Shown one piece after another: positions 1-9,223 of a stretch of 19,110 bases of DNA. Every line of letters starts with the position of its first letter. The stretch's first letter is position 1. The DNA comes from a virus, in UHGV virus genome UHGV-0048443; one strand, 5' to 3'. The notes beneath the pieces were generated by a model. It was not told where the DNA came from, did no database searches, and saw only the letters and a list, made by a program, of their open reading frames with translations. The position numbers and the translations under genes are program-made.

Positions 1-49
1 GTCATAAAAACTGTCTCACGTTGGCGGTGCATTACACCGCCAGGCTGAA

Positions 50-859
50 TTATTCTTCTGAATTATCGATTACACTGTATTCCCCGGTTAATACAGAGGA
101 GTCTGCCGGATCGATTGTCAGTGGTTCCTTTTCATCCATTGATACTGCACGCTGGATTTCAATTGAGACAGGCAGGTATTTAAACAGGCGACGAATAGCC
201 GTTTTTTTTGCCATTTCTTCCCAGTGAGTTACCCATGGCCCGTTATTACCAGCCTTACTCTGGCTGCGCACCAGTTCAATCTGTTTGCGCGTCATAACTT
301 CAAACTGAGTCCCTCCGTCTTTCAGTCTTGCGACAGCATAGACGTGGGTCACTGGTGCATCTTCGTTTTCTCCCGGGCGGTGTATTAACTTTTCATCAAG
401 GCCAAATTCAAAACTAAACTCGTCACCTTCACGGACAACACGGGCTGACAGGCTGGCGATTTGACCAGAACGGCGAGCCAGATCAATCATGCCGCGATAA
501 CCAATGATTAGCTGAACGTTCTTTTTACCGCTCTTTTCGTTTTTATTACCAAAAGGCAGTAAATATGCGTGGCCGAGGGCGCTACCTGGCTCAAGGCCGA
601 GCTGTGAACACTGAACGATCGCACTGACAAAACTCATGGTGTCACAGTTTCCTAGCGCCGGAACCTTACGAATTTCTGTGGTGGCGATACGTATCATTCG
701 TTCAGCCGTCATATGGCGTGGGAGAGCTGCTGCCAGTTGCTCTTTCATTGATGGCTGATTAATAAAGCTGATCACGTCGTTATTTTTTACTGCTGCTGGT
801 GCACGGTTTCCCTGGGTTTTTTGCAGATCGGCTTTTGCGATAGGTGGTTGCTTAGTCAT
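50..859 (-). CDS. recT: RecT single-strand annealing recombinase (Rac prophage type)
   Basis: 269-aa product starting [14 protein letters not shown]..., recognised from memory as E. coli Rac RecT. Start chosen at the internal ATG (859) with GGAG Shine-Dalgarno 6-9 nt upstream, not the ORF-track upstream Met. Overlaps recE stop by 8 nt as in Rac. Confidence 0.9.
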   Translation of the reverse strand: MTKQPPIAKADLQKTQGNRAPAAVKNNDVISFINQPSMKEQLAAALPRHMTAERMIRIATTEIRKVPALGNCDTMSFVSAIVQCSQLGLEPGSALGHAYLLPFGNKNEKSGKKNVQLIIGYRGMIDLARRSGQIASLSARVVREGDEFSFEFGLDEKLIHRPGENEDAPVTHVYAVARLKDGGTQFEVMTRKQIELVRSQSKAGNNGPWVTHWEEMAKKTAIRRLFKYLPVSIEIQRAVSMDEKEPLTIDPADSSVLTGEYSVIDNSEE

Positions 860-3527
860 TTGCATACTCCTTAGCCCAGCGGGGCAGTGATAACGTTTTA
901 ATAGCTGGCCATTCATCGGTATTCAGGCAGTCAGCAAGGGTCCTCAGATTGCGGTGATATTCCTGCTGGCCTGCCAGTTTTGCTTCTTCGCCCATCATGA
1001 AAATCTCAACCGGGTAACGTCCGCATTCAACAGTTGTGCTGGCAACCAGAAAAACGAAAGTTGGCAGCACGCCAAACTGTGCTTCATAACCGTCACTGTA
1101 GAATGCATCCTGAACGTGATAGCGGTAGTCGTAATAAGCCGTTTTGAATCGTTGAATATCCGCTGTGGTTTTCACGTCCATGATCCAGTGAAATTCAGGG
1201 ATAATTTTGTCCGGACGGCACCGACACAAAATTCCTGTTTCAGGATCTTCCCAGTAAATTGATGATTCAGCGTGTCCGGCGCTTTCAACAAGCCATTGAC
1301 CCAGCGGCAAAGCCATAACGCTCTGATACATGAGTTCAATTTTCCGGCCTTCTTCGGCAGTGATAACCGTTTTTCCTGTACTTGCGCATTCCATCAGAAA
1401 CGCTTTCTCCTCTTCTTTTCCGGCGGTTGTACGGCGGTTAAATTCAGGTGCCACGATAAAGCGGTTACTGAATTCTTCCGGTTCAAGTACACGGCAGTGG
1501 AAAGCGGTTCCTAAATCGAGCGTTTTTGTCTTTGTGGTGTCCACTGGGGCATTTTTACGCCACAAATACAGAGCCGGAGTATCAGCAATGTCGTCGAGCT
1601 GAGACTTACTGACACCGGGACCCGCGTGGTAATTCTCATTCGAAATTCCGTAATAAATACCAGGCTCTATGTCTCCTGCGATTACGGGATCTGCGACTTC
1701 GCCAGTTTCATCACTGCAATCGCGATGCGGATCGCTGCCAGCATTCTCATTGTGCGGATGTTCAGGGCCTTCCATTTCCTCCGGATCTTTTTCCTGAGAT
1801 TCATCCAGATTTTCTTCATTAAAGGTTTCCTGATACGTGGTGTCGCCCATCACCGCGCCACAATCAGGGCAGTTGCCGCCACCGCTCTGACCGCAGGCGG
1901 CACAGACTTTTTCCGGTTCCTGTTGCGCTACTGGTTCTGATTGTTTCGTTTCTGGCTCGTTTTTCTGTGCATTTGGGCTGTTTTGTTTCGCTTTCTGGTT
2001 GTTTTGTTCCGATTCGGGCTGGCTCTGGTTCACAGAATCGCGGGTTTCAATTCCCTTAACCCATTTCGGATCATTCGGGTCGCTAATCCCTTCAACAAAT
2101 TCTCCGCGAGAGGCAGCCAGCAATTTGTCGGCATCGACAGGATTTTTGGGCGGAATGGTTTTCCGGGCTTCATGGAGTTCTGCCCGCAGTTTCTGATATT
2201 TCGCATCAACAGAATTTACCTGTGACTGAGCATCCAGCGGCTGCGTGTCCTGATGATGTTCAGTTGCATCCGGTTCCACTGTTTCAGCCGTTGCCTGTTT
2301 ATCTGCCATTGCGCAAGATGGTTGCGGTTTTTCTTCACCATCGTGTTTTCCTTCTTCTGTTACACGCTGCGGCATCGGGGCAGAGGAACGACCGCAGGCA
2401 ATATCCACGATTTCCGGATCAGGGGTGGCATGATCGGTTTCAATCAGCACCTTGTTCAGATATTCAGTGACATGCGCAGGGATAACCTCGATCCCAATTG
2501 GTGCTTCTTTTACGGACGCAACCACGATGGCGCGGGAATAATCCAGCCCGCCAGGCATGGTGATGAATTTGTCGCGGAAAACAGAAAAGGGCGGTTTATT
2601 TTCAGCGATAATTTCCTCGACACGTTTAGCGTGTGCCGGATGAAGGTTATAAATGTCCACGTCCATTGAACGAGCCAGTACGCCAGTGGCTACGTCGCGC
2701 GCCAGTGACGTCAGATCGTGAACGAAACCTTCGCCGCGATCGGTGAGGTTCCCGCCGCCAGCATTAGCGCCGGAAGCCGTGCGCGTGATGCGTGAAACAC
2801 GATTTCCTTTCATCCACTCTTTTGTCAGCAGACCACGATCGGTGTAGTCTGCGTCCAGGTATGCTTCGAAAAAAGCAGTCATCAGCCCCAGGCTTGAATT
2901 GCCTGGATTAGGGAAAACTCTGTCAGTATCACGCACCAGTTTGTGGAGATCGCGAATTTCCAGCGGGTCGAGCAGGCTGGTTTTGTGGGAAACAGCCAGG
3001 GCAGTAACAGCTGGTAGTTCTTCAGCTCGTGCAATGTGTAATGCCTGGAGTTCGTCGCGTGAAACGTGCGTTACCGGTTTTTCGCTGCCGTGTTGAGCAA
3101 GCCAGCGAATGGGCAGCTCCTGACCGGAAATCGGGAGTAGCATATTCTCCTCAATCTCCGTCATGTCTTCGCCATTAACATTGGTATTGTCAGTGCTGGC
3201 TGGTTTGTCCTGCGCAGAGGATGAGGGCGCGATAAATACCATTGTGATGCCATCTTCCCCGCCTTTTTCGTAACGGTTGCAGAATTCCGTATCAAATACG
3301 CCCTCTGGTGGAAGGTCATCAACAACGGGCAAATTGACGCGAACAGGTTTTTTAAAGTCATCTTCATCGTAGCCAGCATCGTCAATCGCAACAGCACCAC
3401 GGGATATGGCAATGGATAATTTTTTCGCTTCAGCCCAGTAGAAACCGCCTTTAATACCGAGACGTTTTCTTACTTTGTCATTTTTTGCTTCGTAATACAG
3501 TGGGTAAACTTGTTTATCGGTGCTCAT
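852..3527 (-). CDS. recE: RecE exonuclease VIII (5'-3' dsDNA exonuclease), 891 aa
   Basis: C-terminal ~270 aa ([36 protein letters not shown]...WAKEYAND) matches the RecE nuclease domain from memory. Long acidic/low-complexity middle with a Cys cluster ([16 protein letters not shown]). GAGGT SD upstream of ATG at 3527. Immediately upstream of and overlapping recT. Confidence 0.85.
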   Translation of the reverse strand: MSTDKQVYPLYYEAKNDKVRKRLGIKGGFYWAEAKKLSIAISRGAVAIDDAGYDEDDFKKPVRVNLPVVDDLPPEGVFDTEFCNRYEKGGEDGITMVFIAPSSSAQDKPASTDNTNVNGEDMTEIEENMLLPISGQELPIRWLAQHGSEKPVTHVSRDELQALHIARAEELPAVTALAVSHKTSLLDPLEIRDLHKLVRDTDRVFPNPGNSSLGLMTAFFEAYLDADYTDRGLLTKEWMKGNRVSRITRTASGANAGGGNLTDRGEGFVHDLTSLARDVATGVLARSMDVDIYNLHPAHAKRVEEIIAENKPPFSVFRDKFITMPGGLDYSRAIVVASVKEAPIGIEVIPAHVTEYLNKVLIETDHATPDPEIVDIACGRSSAPMPQRVTEEGKHDGEEKPQPSCAMADKQATAETVEPDATEHHQDTQPLDAQSQVNSVDAKYQKLRAELHEARKTIPPKNPVDADKLLAASRGEFVEGISDPNDPKWVKGIETRDSVNQSQPESEQNNQKAKQNSPNAQKNEPETKQSEPVAQQEPEKVCAACGQSGGGNCPDCGAVMGDTTYQETFNEENLDESQEKDPEEMEGPEHPHNENAGSDPHRDCSDETGEVADPVIAGDIEPGIYYGISNENYHAGPGVSKSQLDDIADTPALYLWRKNAPVDTTKTKTLDLGTAFHCRVLEPEEFSNRFIVAPEFNRRTTAGKEEEKAFLMECASTGKTVITAEEGRKIELMYQSVMALPLGQWLVESAGHAESSIYWEDPETGILCRCRPDKIIPEFHWIMDVKTTADIQRFKTAYYDYRYHVQDAFYSDGYEAQFGVLPTFVFLVASTTVECGRYPVEIFMMGEEAKLAGQQEYHRNLRTLADCLNTDEWPAIKTLSLPRWAKEYAND

Positions 3528-3597
3528 TGTTTTTTAACCTCAACTCAGATTAAAATTACTGCGAGTGATGAATAAATGTCCCAGGTTCTTCACTCAG

Positions 3598-3629
3598 GCC
3601 TGCACAGTGTGCAGGCTTTCTTTTTTTTC
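3598..3629 (+). terminator. Intrinsic-terminator-shaped hairpin on the plus strand (9-bp perfect stem gcctgcaca/tgtgcaggc followed by tttcttttttttc) between racC and recE
   Basis: Seen directly in sequence. The U-tract follows the stem only on the plus strand, so it is not an intrinsic terminator for the minus-strand racC-recE transcript. Confidence 0.4.
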
Positions 3630-3903
3630 AGATTTCACCCTTTGATTTCATTGCAATCAGAGTTGCCAGAAATTCGGCTTTTTTTTCTGCGGGCAGATTC
3701 TTTCCGATATGCACCAGGCACATTTTTTTGACGCCTTCGTTAAGTGTTTTAACGTTGCCTGATGGACCGTCGATATCAACCACAGTGAAAGGGGTTTCTT
3801 TATTTTCTGTTTTAATCACGTAGCCAATACGCTTTCCTTCCAGGCTGACTTCGTGAACAATGTCATCAGTAGTAACAACAGTGGCTTCATAACTGGTAAT
3901 CAT
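3628..3903 (-). CDS. racC: RacC-like small prophage protein (91 aa)
   Basis: ORF-track product contains MITSYEATVVTTDDIVHEV...; start set to internal ATG at 3903 with AAGGAG SD. Length and position (between recE and ydaE/kilR) match Rac racC. Confidence 0.7.
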   Translation of the reverse strand: MITSYEATVVTTDDIVHEVSLEGKRIGYVIKTENKETPFTVVDIDGPSGNVKTLNEGVKKMCLVHIGKNLPAEKKAEFLATLIAMKSKGEI

Positions 3904-3977
3904 GTTTTTCTCCTTAATTAAGGTTGAGCGAATCCCTGCCATTGCTGGCATAAATTCAGTTTCGGATAGTCAGTTAA

Positions 3978-4148
3978 TTAAAGTTCGTGTGCCATCTGGT
4001 CTTTTTCGGCACAGATTTCACTACAATATTTTTTCATTTCCGTCGTTGGTATAACTCCACGCATGAAATGAAGTGGTCTTGTAATGATTTTGCTTTCTTC
4101 AATTTCTTTATTGCAAAGGTGATAAGCACATTTTATTTTCTTAGTCAT
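3978..4148 (-). CDS. ydaE: YdaE-like small zinc-binding protein (56 aa; [18 protein letters not shown]...CSEICAEKDQMAHEL)
   Basis: Hand-translated; below the ORF-track length cutoff. ATG overlaps the kilR stop (TAATG). Cys/His pattern fits a small zinc-binding fold. Position between kilR and racC matches Rac. Confidence 0.6.
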   Translation of the reverse strand: MTKKIKCAYHLCNKEIEESKIITRPLHFMRGVIPTTEMKKYCSEICAEKDQMAHEL

Positions 4149-4369
4149 TACCATGACTCCGCCTTTACAGGTAAACCATCACGACCGAGGAAGACTCTAA
4201 TCATGCAGTCAGAAATGCATGTTTTTGTAGTCAGGCTACGAATATAAAGTTTTCGCTTTTTAATATTGTTTGCCGAGGCGATATATGTCCGACCTTCATG
4301 AAGAACATAATCGCCAGGGGTCACACACTGACGTGGTATTTCATCAGTTCCGAAGTGATGAGCAATCAT
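4148..4369 (-). CDS. kilR: KilR, FtsZ-targeting cell-division inhibitor of Rac (73 aa)
   Basis: Product [45 protein letters not shown]... recognised as KilR; ATG at 4369 preceded by GGAGA. Confidence 0.8.
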   Translation of the reverse strand: MIAHHFGTDEIPRQCVTPGDYVLHEGRTYIASANNIKKRKLYIRSLTTKTCISDCMIRVFLGRDGLPVKAESW

Positions 4370-4780
4370 AATTATCTCCATTTTTACAAATGAATTTTGT
4401 CGATGCGGTGCCTGGTGCCTCCAGGTGACGTTAACCAGTTAACAATTAACGCCGGATAATCCACCCATAACACTGATGCTTTTAACTGTTCCGCGTGCGC
4501 TTAGCCGCATTCACCGCATCACAAAATTCACTTTAAAAAGGGGCGGACATCAGCCGAACTTCAAGAAAAAACTGATGCCGCCAAGACTACACACAGCAAT
4601 GTCGTTATTTACAACCGGAGGCGCACTCCCACCATTTAAATTTAACAGACAAAACCGACTCTTTATGGATATCGGAAATGCGCCTTCGTGTTGCGCCCGG
4701 TTTTATTTCACCACCTCCGGGCTTTGGTGGCCTCGGCTATACCCCTACAGCAAGAATATTGAATTAATCCAATAAATGGT

Positions 4781-4933
4781 TTAGCTGGTATTTTTGGCAA
4801 GCCAGCGACGTGCGCCAGCTTCGGTTTTAAACGATTTGCTTTTGGTATACGTCATGGCGGTGAATGTGCCGTCCTGATTGGGAAACACGGCACATACCAG
4901 AGATTCGTTGTTGCCAAGATCGATAGTATCCAT
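4781..4933 (-). CDS. Small prophage protein, YdaF/YdfA-like (DUF1391-type), 50 aa
   Basis: MDTIDLGNNESLVCAVFPNQDGTFTAMTYTKSKSFKTEAGARRW... resembles small Rac/Qin early-left proteins from memory; ATG at 4933 with GAGG SD. The ORF-track upstream extension is probably not translated. Confidence 0.55.
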   Translation of the reverse strand: MDTIDLGNNESLVCAVFPNQDGTFTAMTYTKSKSFKTEAGARRWLAKNTS

Positions 4934-5140
4934 GTTGACCTCATTTCCCCTTAACGCCGGGTGGCGGAACGTTTTATCTACTGCGCTTTGTATCAATCAA
5001 CAACTGCCGTCATGTTCGTATGCCTCAGGCTGGCTACTTAGCCCTGTTCAGTGGCTGGATAACTCGAGGTATTGTCCTGCCGTTCTCTGGTGGGGCGTTG
5101 TTTGGATATGCTTATTAAACACAATGCGTTTTCTTATGTC

Positions 5141-5155
5141 AACACGAAATGTGTT
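5141..5155. promoter_or_regulatory. Candidate left operator: dyad AACAC-gaaat-GTGTT
   Basis: Perfect 5-bp inverted repeat with 5-bp spacer, same motif as at 5716-5730 on the other side of the repressor gene; partial copy at 5117-5131. Confidence 0.4.
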
Positions 5156-5183
5156 TTGTGGTGGGTGTCATATGATGATGGTA

Positions 5184-5208
5184 CAAAAAAGCCCGCTGAT
5201 AGCGGGCT
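5184..5208 (-). terminator. Rho-independent terminator downstream of the repressor gene (stem gcccgct/agcgggc, then T-run on minus strand)
   Basis: Forward sequence reads aaaaaa-gcccgct-gata-gcgggc; on the minus strand this is a GC stem followed by UUUUUU, about 30 nt after the racR-like stop. Confidence 0.55.
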
Positions 5209-5238
5209 GATTGGCATATTACTGTGATAGCAAGATCA

Positions 5239-5658
5239 TTACTCCGGTGGGGGATTATCTTTAAGCCTGCCTCTCAAATATTTTTCTACATACTCATCGA
5301 TTTCTTTTAGCCGGACTTCAAATAGCTCAATCATTCGTTGTTGTTCTGAGCCCGGTAGCTGGTTAAACAACTCAAGAAGTTTTCGTTGGGATTCATTTAA
5401 CCACAATTCAGAAGATTCCTGTTCTCCAAAGAGGAGCTCAGGAGGAGATATGCCAAGTGCCTTTCCCAATACGACAGCGTCATGCACTCCAACATTTCTG
5501 CTGCCCGCCTCATAGTTACCTATACGCGATTGCGTCCATCCGCAGATTTCAGCAAGTTTTCCTTGAGATAAACCAAGCTTCTGCCTGCGCTCTTTAAGAC
5601 GCATTGCAATTTTGTCATTGAGCCTACTAGCGGCAATTTTTTCGTTTTCTTTTTCCAT
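5239..5658 (-). CDS. racR: Prophage repressor, XRE/cI-type HTH (RacR-like), 139 aa
   Basis: HTH signature QGKLAEICGWTQSRIGNYEAG; divergent from a Cro-like gene; AAGGA SD before ATG at 5658. Assignment as racR is by synteny with Rac plus the HTH, not by exact sequence recall. Confidence 0.75.
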   Translation of the reverse strand: MEKENEKIAASRLNDKIAMRLKERRQKLGLSQGKLAEICGWTQSRIGNYEAGSRNVGVHDAVVLGKALGISPPELLFGEQESSELWLNESQRKLLELFNQLPGSEQQRMIELFEVRLKEIDEYVEKYLRGRLKDNPPPE

Positions 5659-5669
5659 TGCATCCTTGT

Positions 5670-5684
5670 ATCACGAATCGTGAT
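5670..5684. promoter_or_regulatory. Dyad ATCACG-aat-CGTGAT in the divergent promoter region
   Basis: Perfect 6-bp inverted repeat 12 nt upstream of the repressor start codon on the opposite strand; candidate operator. Confidence 0.4.
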
Positions 5685-5705
5685 TTACATAAAACACAAA
5701 ACAGC

Positions 5706-5736
5706 TTGACCATATAACACAAGATGTGTTTAAAAT
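5706..5736 (+). promoter_or_regulatory. Candidate sigma70 promoter for the rightward early operon (TTGACC ... TAAAAT), overlapping the dyad AACAC-aagat-GTGTT (5716-5730)
   Basis: -35-like TTGACC at 5706-5711, -10-like TAAAAT at 5731-5736 (19-bp spacer; TTTAAA at 17 bp). The operator-like dyad sits in the spacer. About 20 nt upstream of the ydaS-like start. Confidence 0.35.
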
Positions 5737-5754
5737 TGTCATCGGAGGTTTTCA

Positions 5755-5997
5755 ATGAACAAAATTTCAACATATCGAAAACAGCTTGGGCTGTCTCAAA
5801 GACAACTTGCTGTTCAGTTAGGGTGGATACAAAGCCGACTGGCAAATTACGAAGCAAATTTTCGTACCCCTGGACTAGAGGAGTGCAGAAAAATTGTTTC
5901 TACCCTTAATCGGCTTGGCGCTCATTGTGGACTTGACGATGTATTCCCCCCAGACGGTAAGCATAGCGAAAACAGCATAGGAGCGGTTGATTCATGA
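5755..5997 (+). CDS. ydaS: Cro/YdaS-like HTH regulator (80 aa)
   Basis: HTH LGLSQRQLAVQLGWIQSRLANYE; GGAGG SD before ATG; divergent from the repressor; stop overlaps the ydaT start (ATGA). Confidence 0.7.
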   Translation: MNKISTYRKQLGLSQRQLAVQLGWIQSRLANYEANFRTPGLEECRKIVSTLNRLGAHCGLDDVFPPDGKHSENSIGAVDS

Positions 5998-6416
5998 AAA
6001 TCAGGCATGAGCACATCGAATCAGTGTTGTTAGCCCTGGCAGCCGAAAAAGGGCAGGCGTGGGTCGCTAACGCAATTACTGAAGAATATCTGCGCCAGGG
6101 GGGCGGCGAATTGCCCCTTGTACCAGGCAAGGACTGGAACAATCAGCAGAATATCTATCACCGTTGGTTGAAAGGTGAAACGAAAGCGCAAAGGGAAAAA
6201 ATTCAGAAACTGATCCCTGCGGTTCTGGCAATTCTTCCGCGCGAGCTGCGTCACCGACTCTGCATCTTCGATACCCTGGAACGCCGTGCATTACTGGCGG
6301 CGCAGGAAGCGTTGAGTACGGCAATTGATGCGCATGATGATGCAGTCCAGGCCGTTTACCGGAAAGCACATTTCAGCGGTGGTGGGTCGCCCGGCGATTC
6401 TGTCGTAGTGCATTGA
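5994..6416 (+). CDS. ydaT: YdaT-like protein (140 aa)
   Basis: Product MKIRHEHIESVLLALAAEKGQAWVANAITEEYLRQGGGELPLVPGKDWNN... recognised from memory as Rac YdaT; translationally coupled to ydaS. Confidence 0.8.
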   Translation: MKIRHEHIESVLLALAAEKGQAWVANAITEEYLRQGGGELPLVPGKDWNNQQNIYHRWLKGETKAQREKIQKLIPAVLAILPRELRHRLCIFDTLERRALLAAQEALSTAIDAHDDAVQAVYRKAHFSGGGSPGDSVVVH

Positions 6417-6461
6417 TTGAAATTAATCGTGCCGGATTGTTTTGTTCGGTATCAGTTAAAT

Positions 6462-6480
6462 GTAACGCTGCGAGCGTTAC
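6462..6480. repeat. 19-bp dyad GTAACGC-tgcga-GCGTTAC (copy 1, 14 nt upstream of the ydaU start)
   Basis: Perfect 7-bp inverted-repeat arms; same arms recur at 6654-6672 and 6861-6879. Confidence 0.5.
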
Positions 6481-6493
6481 AAGGTGAAAACAA

Positions 6494-7282
6494 ATGGCTT
6501 CAAACTGGATAAAGCTCGAGGTTATTACGCCGGATAAGCCGGAAATATTCAGGCTTGCTGAGATTCTGAATATTGATCCAGATGCCGCATTAGGGAAGGT
6601 TATTCGCTTCTGGGCATGGGCGGATCAACAAATGATAGACGGTAATGCAGATTGTAACGCTCGCGGCGTTACAAAAAGTGCAATAGATCGCATCACTTTT
6701 ATGGCTGGTTTTGCTGATGCGTTAATTCAGGTTGGATGGCTGGTCGAAAATGACGTTGGGCTTTCTCTACCTAACTTTGAACGTCATAACGGAAAAAGCT
6801 CTAAAAAACGGGCGGTTACAAACGAGCGAGTTACAAAAATACGCGAACTGAAACGAAAAGGTAACGCTGCCAGCGTTACACAAACGGATCAAAAAGCGTT
6901 ACCAGAGGAAGAGGAAGAGGAAGATATAAATACTGATCTCCCCCTAAATCCCCCTCGCCAAAAACGAGCGTCTAAAAAATTCGAGCCGGAGGCTATTGAG
7001 CTGCCCGATTGGTTGCCGGAAACACTCTGGCATGAGTGGGTCCGGTTCAGACAGGCATTGCGAAAACCGATTCGAACGGAGCAGGGCGCTAACGGGGCGA
7101 TACGGGAACTGGAAAAATTCCGTCAGCAGGGTTTTACACCTGAGCAGGTGATTCGACACAGCATCGCCAATGAATACCAGGGCCTGTTCGCGCCGAAAGG
7201 TGTTCGGCCTGAGACGTTGCTCCGACAGGTTAATACCGTCTCGTTGCCGGACAGTGCGATCCCGCCAGGCTTCAGGGGGTAA
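6494..7282 (+). CDS. ydaU: YdaU-like phage replication initiation/organiser protein (lambda O-like), 262 aa
   Basis: Product MASNWIKLEVITPDKPEIFRLAEILNID...; AAGGTGA SD; sits directly upstream of a DnaC-like loader gene; acidic linker EEEEEED; contains the repeated dyad sites. Confidence 0.8.
   Translation: MASNWIKLEVITPDKPEIFRLAEILNIDPDAALGKVIRFWAWADQQMIDGNADCNARGVTKSAIDRITFMAGFADALIQVGWLVENDVGLSLPNFERHNGKSSKKRAVTNERVTKIRELKRKGNAASVTQTDQKALPEEEEEEDINTDLPLNPPRQKRASKKFEPEAIELPDWLPETLWHEWVRFRQALRKPIRTEQGANGAIRELEKFRQQGFTPEQVIRHSIANEYQGLFAPKGVRPETLLRQVNTVSLPDSAIPPGFRG
6654..6672. repeat. 19-bp dyad GTAACGC-tcgcg-GCGTTAC (copy 2, inside ydaU)
   Basis: Perfect 7-bp arms, identical to copies 1 and 3. 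Confidence 0.5.
6861..6879. repeat. 19-bp dyad GTAACGC-tgcca-GCGTTAC (copy 3, inside ydaU), with GTTAC half-sites nearby (6815-6834, 6896-6902)
   Basis: Perfect 7-bp arms; degenerate half-sites ggcGGTTACaaa / gaGTTACaaa and aGCGTTAC flank it. Confidence 0.5.
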
Positions 7283-7288
7283 CGGACC

Positions 7289-8035
7289 ATGAAAAATATT
7301 GCGACAGGCGGCGTTCTGGAACGCATCCGCCGACTGACCCCGCCACATGTAACCGCCCCATTCAGAACGGTAGCGGAGTGGCGCGAGTGGCAACTTGCTG
7401 AAGGCCAGAAACGTAGCGAGGAGATCAACCGCCTGAATCGTCAGTTGCGGGTGGAAAAAATCCTGAATCGCTCTGGCATCCAGCCGTTGCACCGCAAATG
7501 CTCGTTTGCGAATTACCAGGTGCAGAACGAAGGGCAGCGATACGCGTTAAGCCAGGCGAAATCCATCGCCGATGAACTGATGACCGGGTGTACAAATTTT
7601 GCGTTCAGCGGAAAACCTGGTACCGGGAAGAATCACTTAGCGGCAGCTATCGGGAATCGCCTGCTGAAAGACGGTCAGACAGTGATTGTGGTTACCGTGG
7701 CTGATGTTATGAGTGCCCTCCACGCCAGCTATGACGACGGGCAATCAGGCGAAAAATTTTTGCGGGAACTGTGCGAAGTGGATTTGCTGGTTCTTGATGA
7801 AATTGGCATTCAGCGCGAGACAAAAAACGAGCAGGTGGTACTGCACCAGATTATTGATCGACGGACAGCGTCGATGCGTAGCGTGGGAATGCTGACAAAC
7901 CTGAACTATGAGGCCATGAAAACATTGCTCGGTGAGCGGATTATGGATCGCATGACCATGAACGGCGGACGCTGGGTGAATTTTAACTGGGAAAGCTGGC
8001 GCCCGAATGTCGTCCAGCCAGGAATCACGAAGTAA
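7289..8035 (+). CDS. ydaV: YdaV-like DnaC/IstB-family AAA+ helicase loader (248 aa)
   Basis: Walker [16 protein letters not shown] and Walker [10 protein letters not shown]; follows the O-like gene. Confidence 0.85.
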   Translation: MKNIATGGVLERIRRLTPPHVTAPFRTVAEWREWQLAEGQKRSEEINRLNRQLRVEKILNRSGIQPLHRKCSFANYQVQNEGQRYALSQAKSIADELMTGCTNFAFSGKPGTGKNHLAAAIGNRLLKDGQTVIVVTVADVMSALHASYDDGQSGEKFLRELCEVDLLVLDEIGIQRETKNEQVVLHQIIDRRTASMRSVGMLTNLNYEAMKTLLGERIMDRMTMNGGRWVNFNWESWRPNVVQPGITK

Positions 8036-8057
8036 TTTTTACCGGGAGAAAAATTTA

Positions 8058-8786
8058 ATGGAGACTGTTTTTGACGCACTGAAAGCAATGGGAAGAGCCA
8101 CATCCATAGAACTTGCTGCGCGACTTGATATCAGTCGTGAAGAAGTGCTGAACGAACTATGGGAGCTCAAAAGAAACGGCGTTGTTGATAAAACGGGTCA
8201 CACCTGGTTTCTGGCTGTCGAAGGTAAATCCGGGGTAACCGAAGAGGTCGCGCCAAAAATTACCGCCGACATGCTGATTGAGTTTATCAGTCAGGAGGGG
8301 GCTAAAACGTGTGAGGAGCTGGCGGGTAAGTTCGGTGTCAGTACTCGCAAGGTTGCTTCCACGCTGGCGGTAGTAACCGCAACGGGGCGGCTGGCACGCG
8401 TTAATCAGAACGGTAAATTTCGTTACTGCATACCGGGCGATAATTTACCAGCAGAGCCGAAAGCTGCATCGGTAACAGAAGCTGATGGTAAATCCTTTCC
8501 TCTGCCATCAGGTGTTGCGTTACCAGTACAGGAGGCTGCAACACAGGAAGATATTAAAACAGAAACGGCGGCGGACATTGTGCAGTCGCTACCACCGTTT
8601 ACCGAAACGCAAGCGGATGACCTGGTTTTATCATCGCTGCATATGGCAAACCGCGAGCTGCGTCGGGCGAAAAGTTATGTCCAGAAGTGGGAGCGTGTCT
8701 GCGCCGCGCTGCGGGAGCTGAACAAGCACCGGGATATTGTTCGACTGATTGTCGATTCCTCCAGTCGTATTGTGTCGGAAAAGTGA
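8058..8786 (+). CDS. Hypothetical prophage protein with two winged-helix-like segments (243 aa)
   Basis: Start chosen at ATG 8058 (GGGAGA SD), not the ORF-track upstream Met that overlaps ydaV. HTH-like segments [26 protein letters not shown] and [19 protein letters not shown]. Confidence 0.65.
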   Translation: METVFDALKAMGRATSIELAARLDISREEVLNELWELKRNGVVDKTGHTWFLAVEGKSGVTEEVAPKITADMLIEFISQEGAKTCEELAGKFGVSTRKVASTLAVVTATGRLARVNQNGKFRYCIPGDNLPAEPKAASVTEADGKSFPLPSGVALPVQEAATQEDIKTETAADIVQSLPPFTETQADDLVLSSLHMANRELRRAKSYVQKWERVCAALRELNKHRDIVRLIVDSSSRIVSEK

Positions 8787-8800
8787 TTGCCGGAGGCGCT

Positions 8801-9223
8801 ATGGCAAAAGTATTTACACAGGAAGAGCGGGAAGATGTGAAGGCTCGCATTGTGGAACTGGTACGCAGGGATGGGCGGAAAACGCGTAAACAACTGGAAA
8901 ATGAAACCGGGGCGACGAGACATCTGATAGAAGTTCTGACGAAAGAGCTGGTAGCCAGTGGTGTTGTATATGGCTCAGGGTATGGAATATTTCCTTCAGA
9001 GCAGGCACGTAAGGACTGGATGAAAGCCATTGAAAAGATGTCGAAAGCAAAGTCAAAGAAACTGGCTGTGGTTGATCCTTACCTTATCTGGTCATTACCA
9101 GACGGAGAAATACGTCGTTACGACAGGCGCCTGAACATGATTTGTCACGATTGCCGGAAGAGCGAAGCTATGCAGCGTGTACTGGCTTTCTATCAGGGTA
9201 ATTTTCAGGAGGCGATACTGTGA
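8801..9223 (+). CDS. Hypothetical prophage protein (140 aa)
   Basis: ATG at 8801 preceded by GGAGG; the ORF-track 5' extension overlaps the previous gene and lacks an SD. Confidence 0.6.
   Translation: MAKVFTQEEREDVKARIVELVRRDGRKTRKQLENETGATRHLIEVLTKELVASGVVYGSGYGIFPSEQARKDWMKAIEKMSKAKSKKLAVVDPYLIWSLPDGEIRRYDRRLNMICHDCRKSEAMQRVLAFYQGNFQEAIL

Noticed and set aside
1-49. Possible ralR/lar gene downstream of recT at the window edge
   Set aside because: Only about 49 bp available and the minus-strand reading (MHRQRETVF...) does not match my recollection of RalR; cannot be supported.
21-227. Plus-strand 68-aa ORF at the left edge
   Set aside because: Lies antisense to the 3' end of recT and the region downstream of it; no SD; most likely spurious.
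954-2669. Series of plus-strand ORFs (80-138 aa) inside recE
   Set aside because: All are antisense to the well-supported recE reading frame; Phe/Leu-rich products typical of antisense translation of an acidic gene.
4476-4775. Plus-strand 99-aa ORF between kilR and the DUF1391-like gene (possible sieB remnant)
   Set aside because: No SD; basic, non-membrane product unlike an exclusion protein; too short for sieB. Treated as non-coding.
6944-7492. Minus-strand 182-aa and 101-aa ORFs overlapping ydaU and ydaV
   Set aside because: Antisense to two strongly supported replication genes.
8599-9056. Minus-strand ORFs (80-143 aa) in the nin-like block
   Set aside because: Antisense to same-strand genes that have good SD sites and tight coupling.
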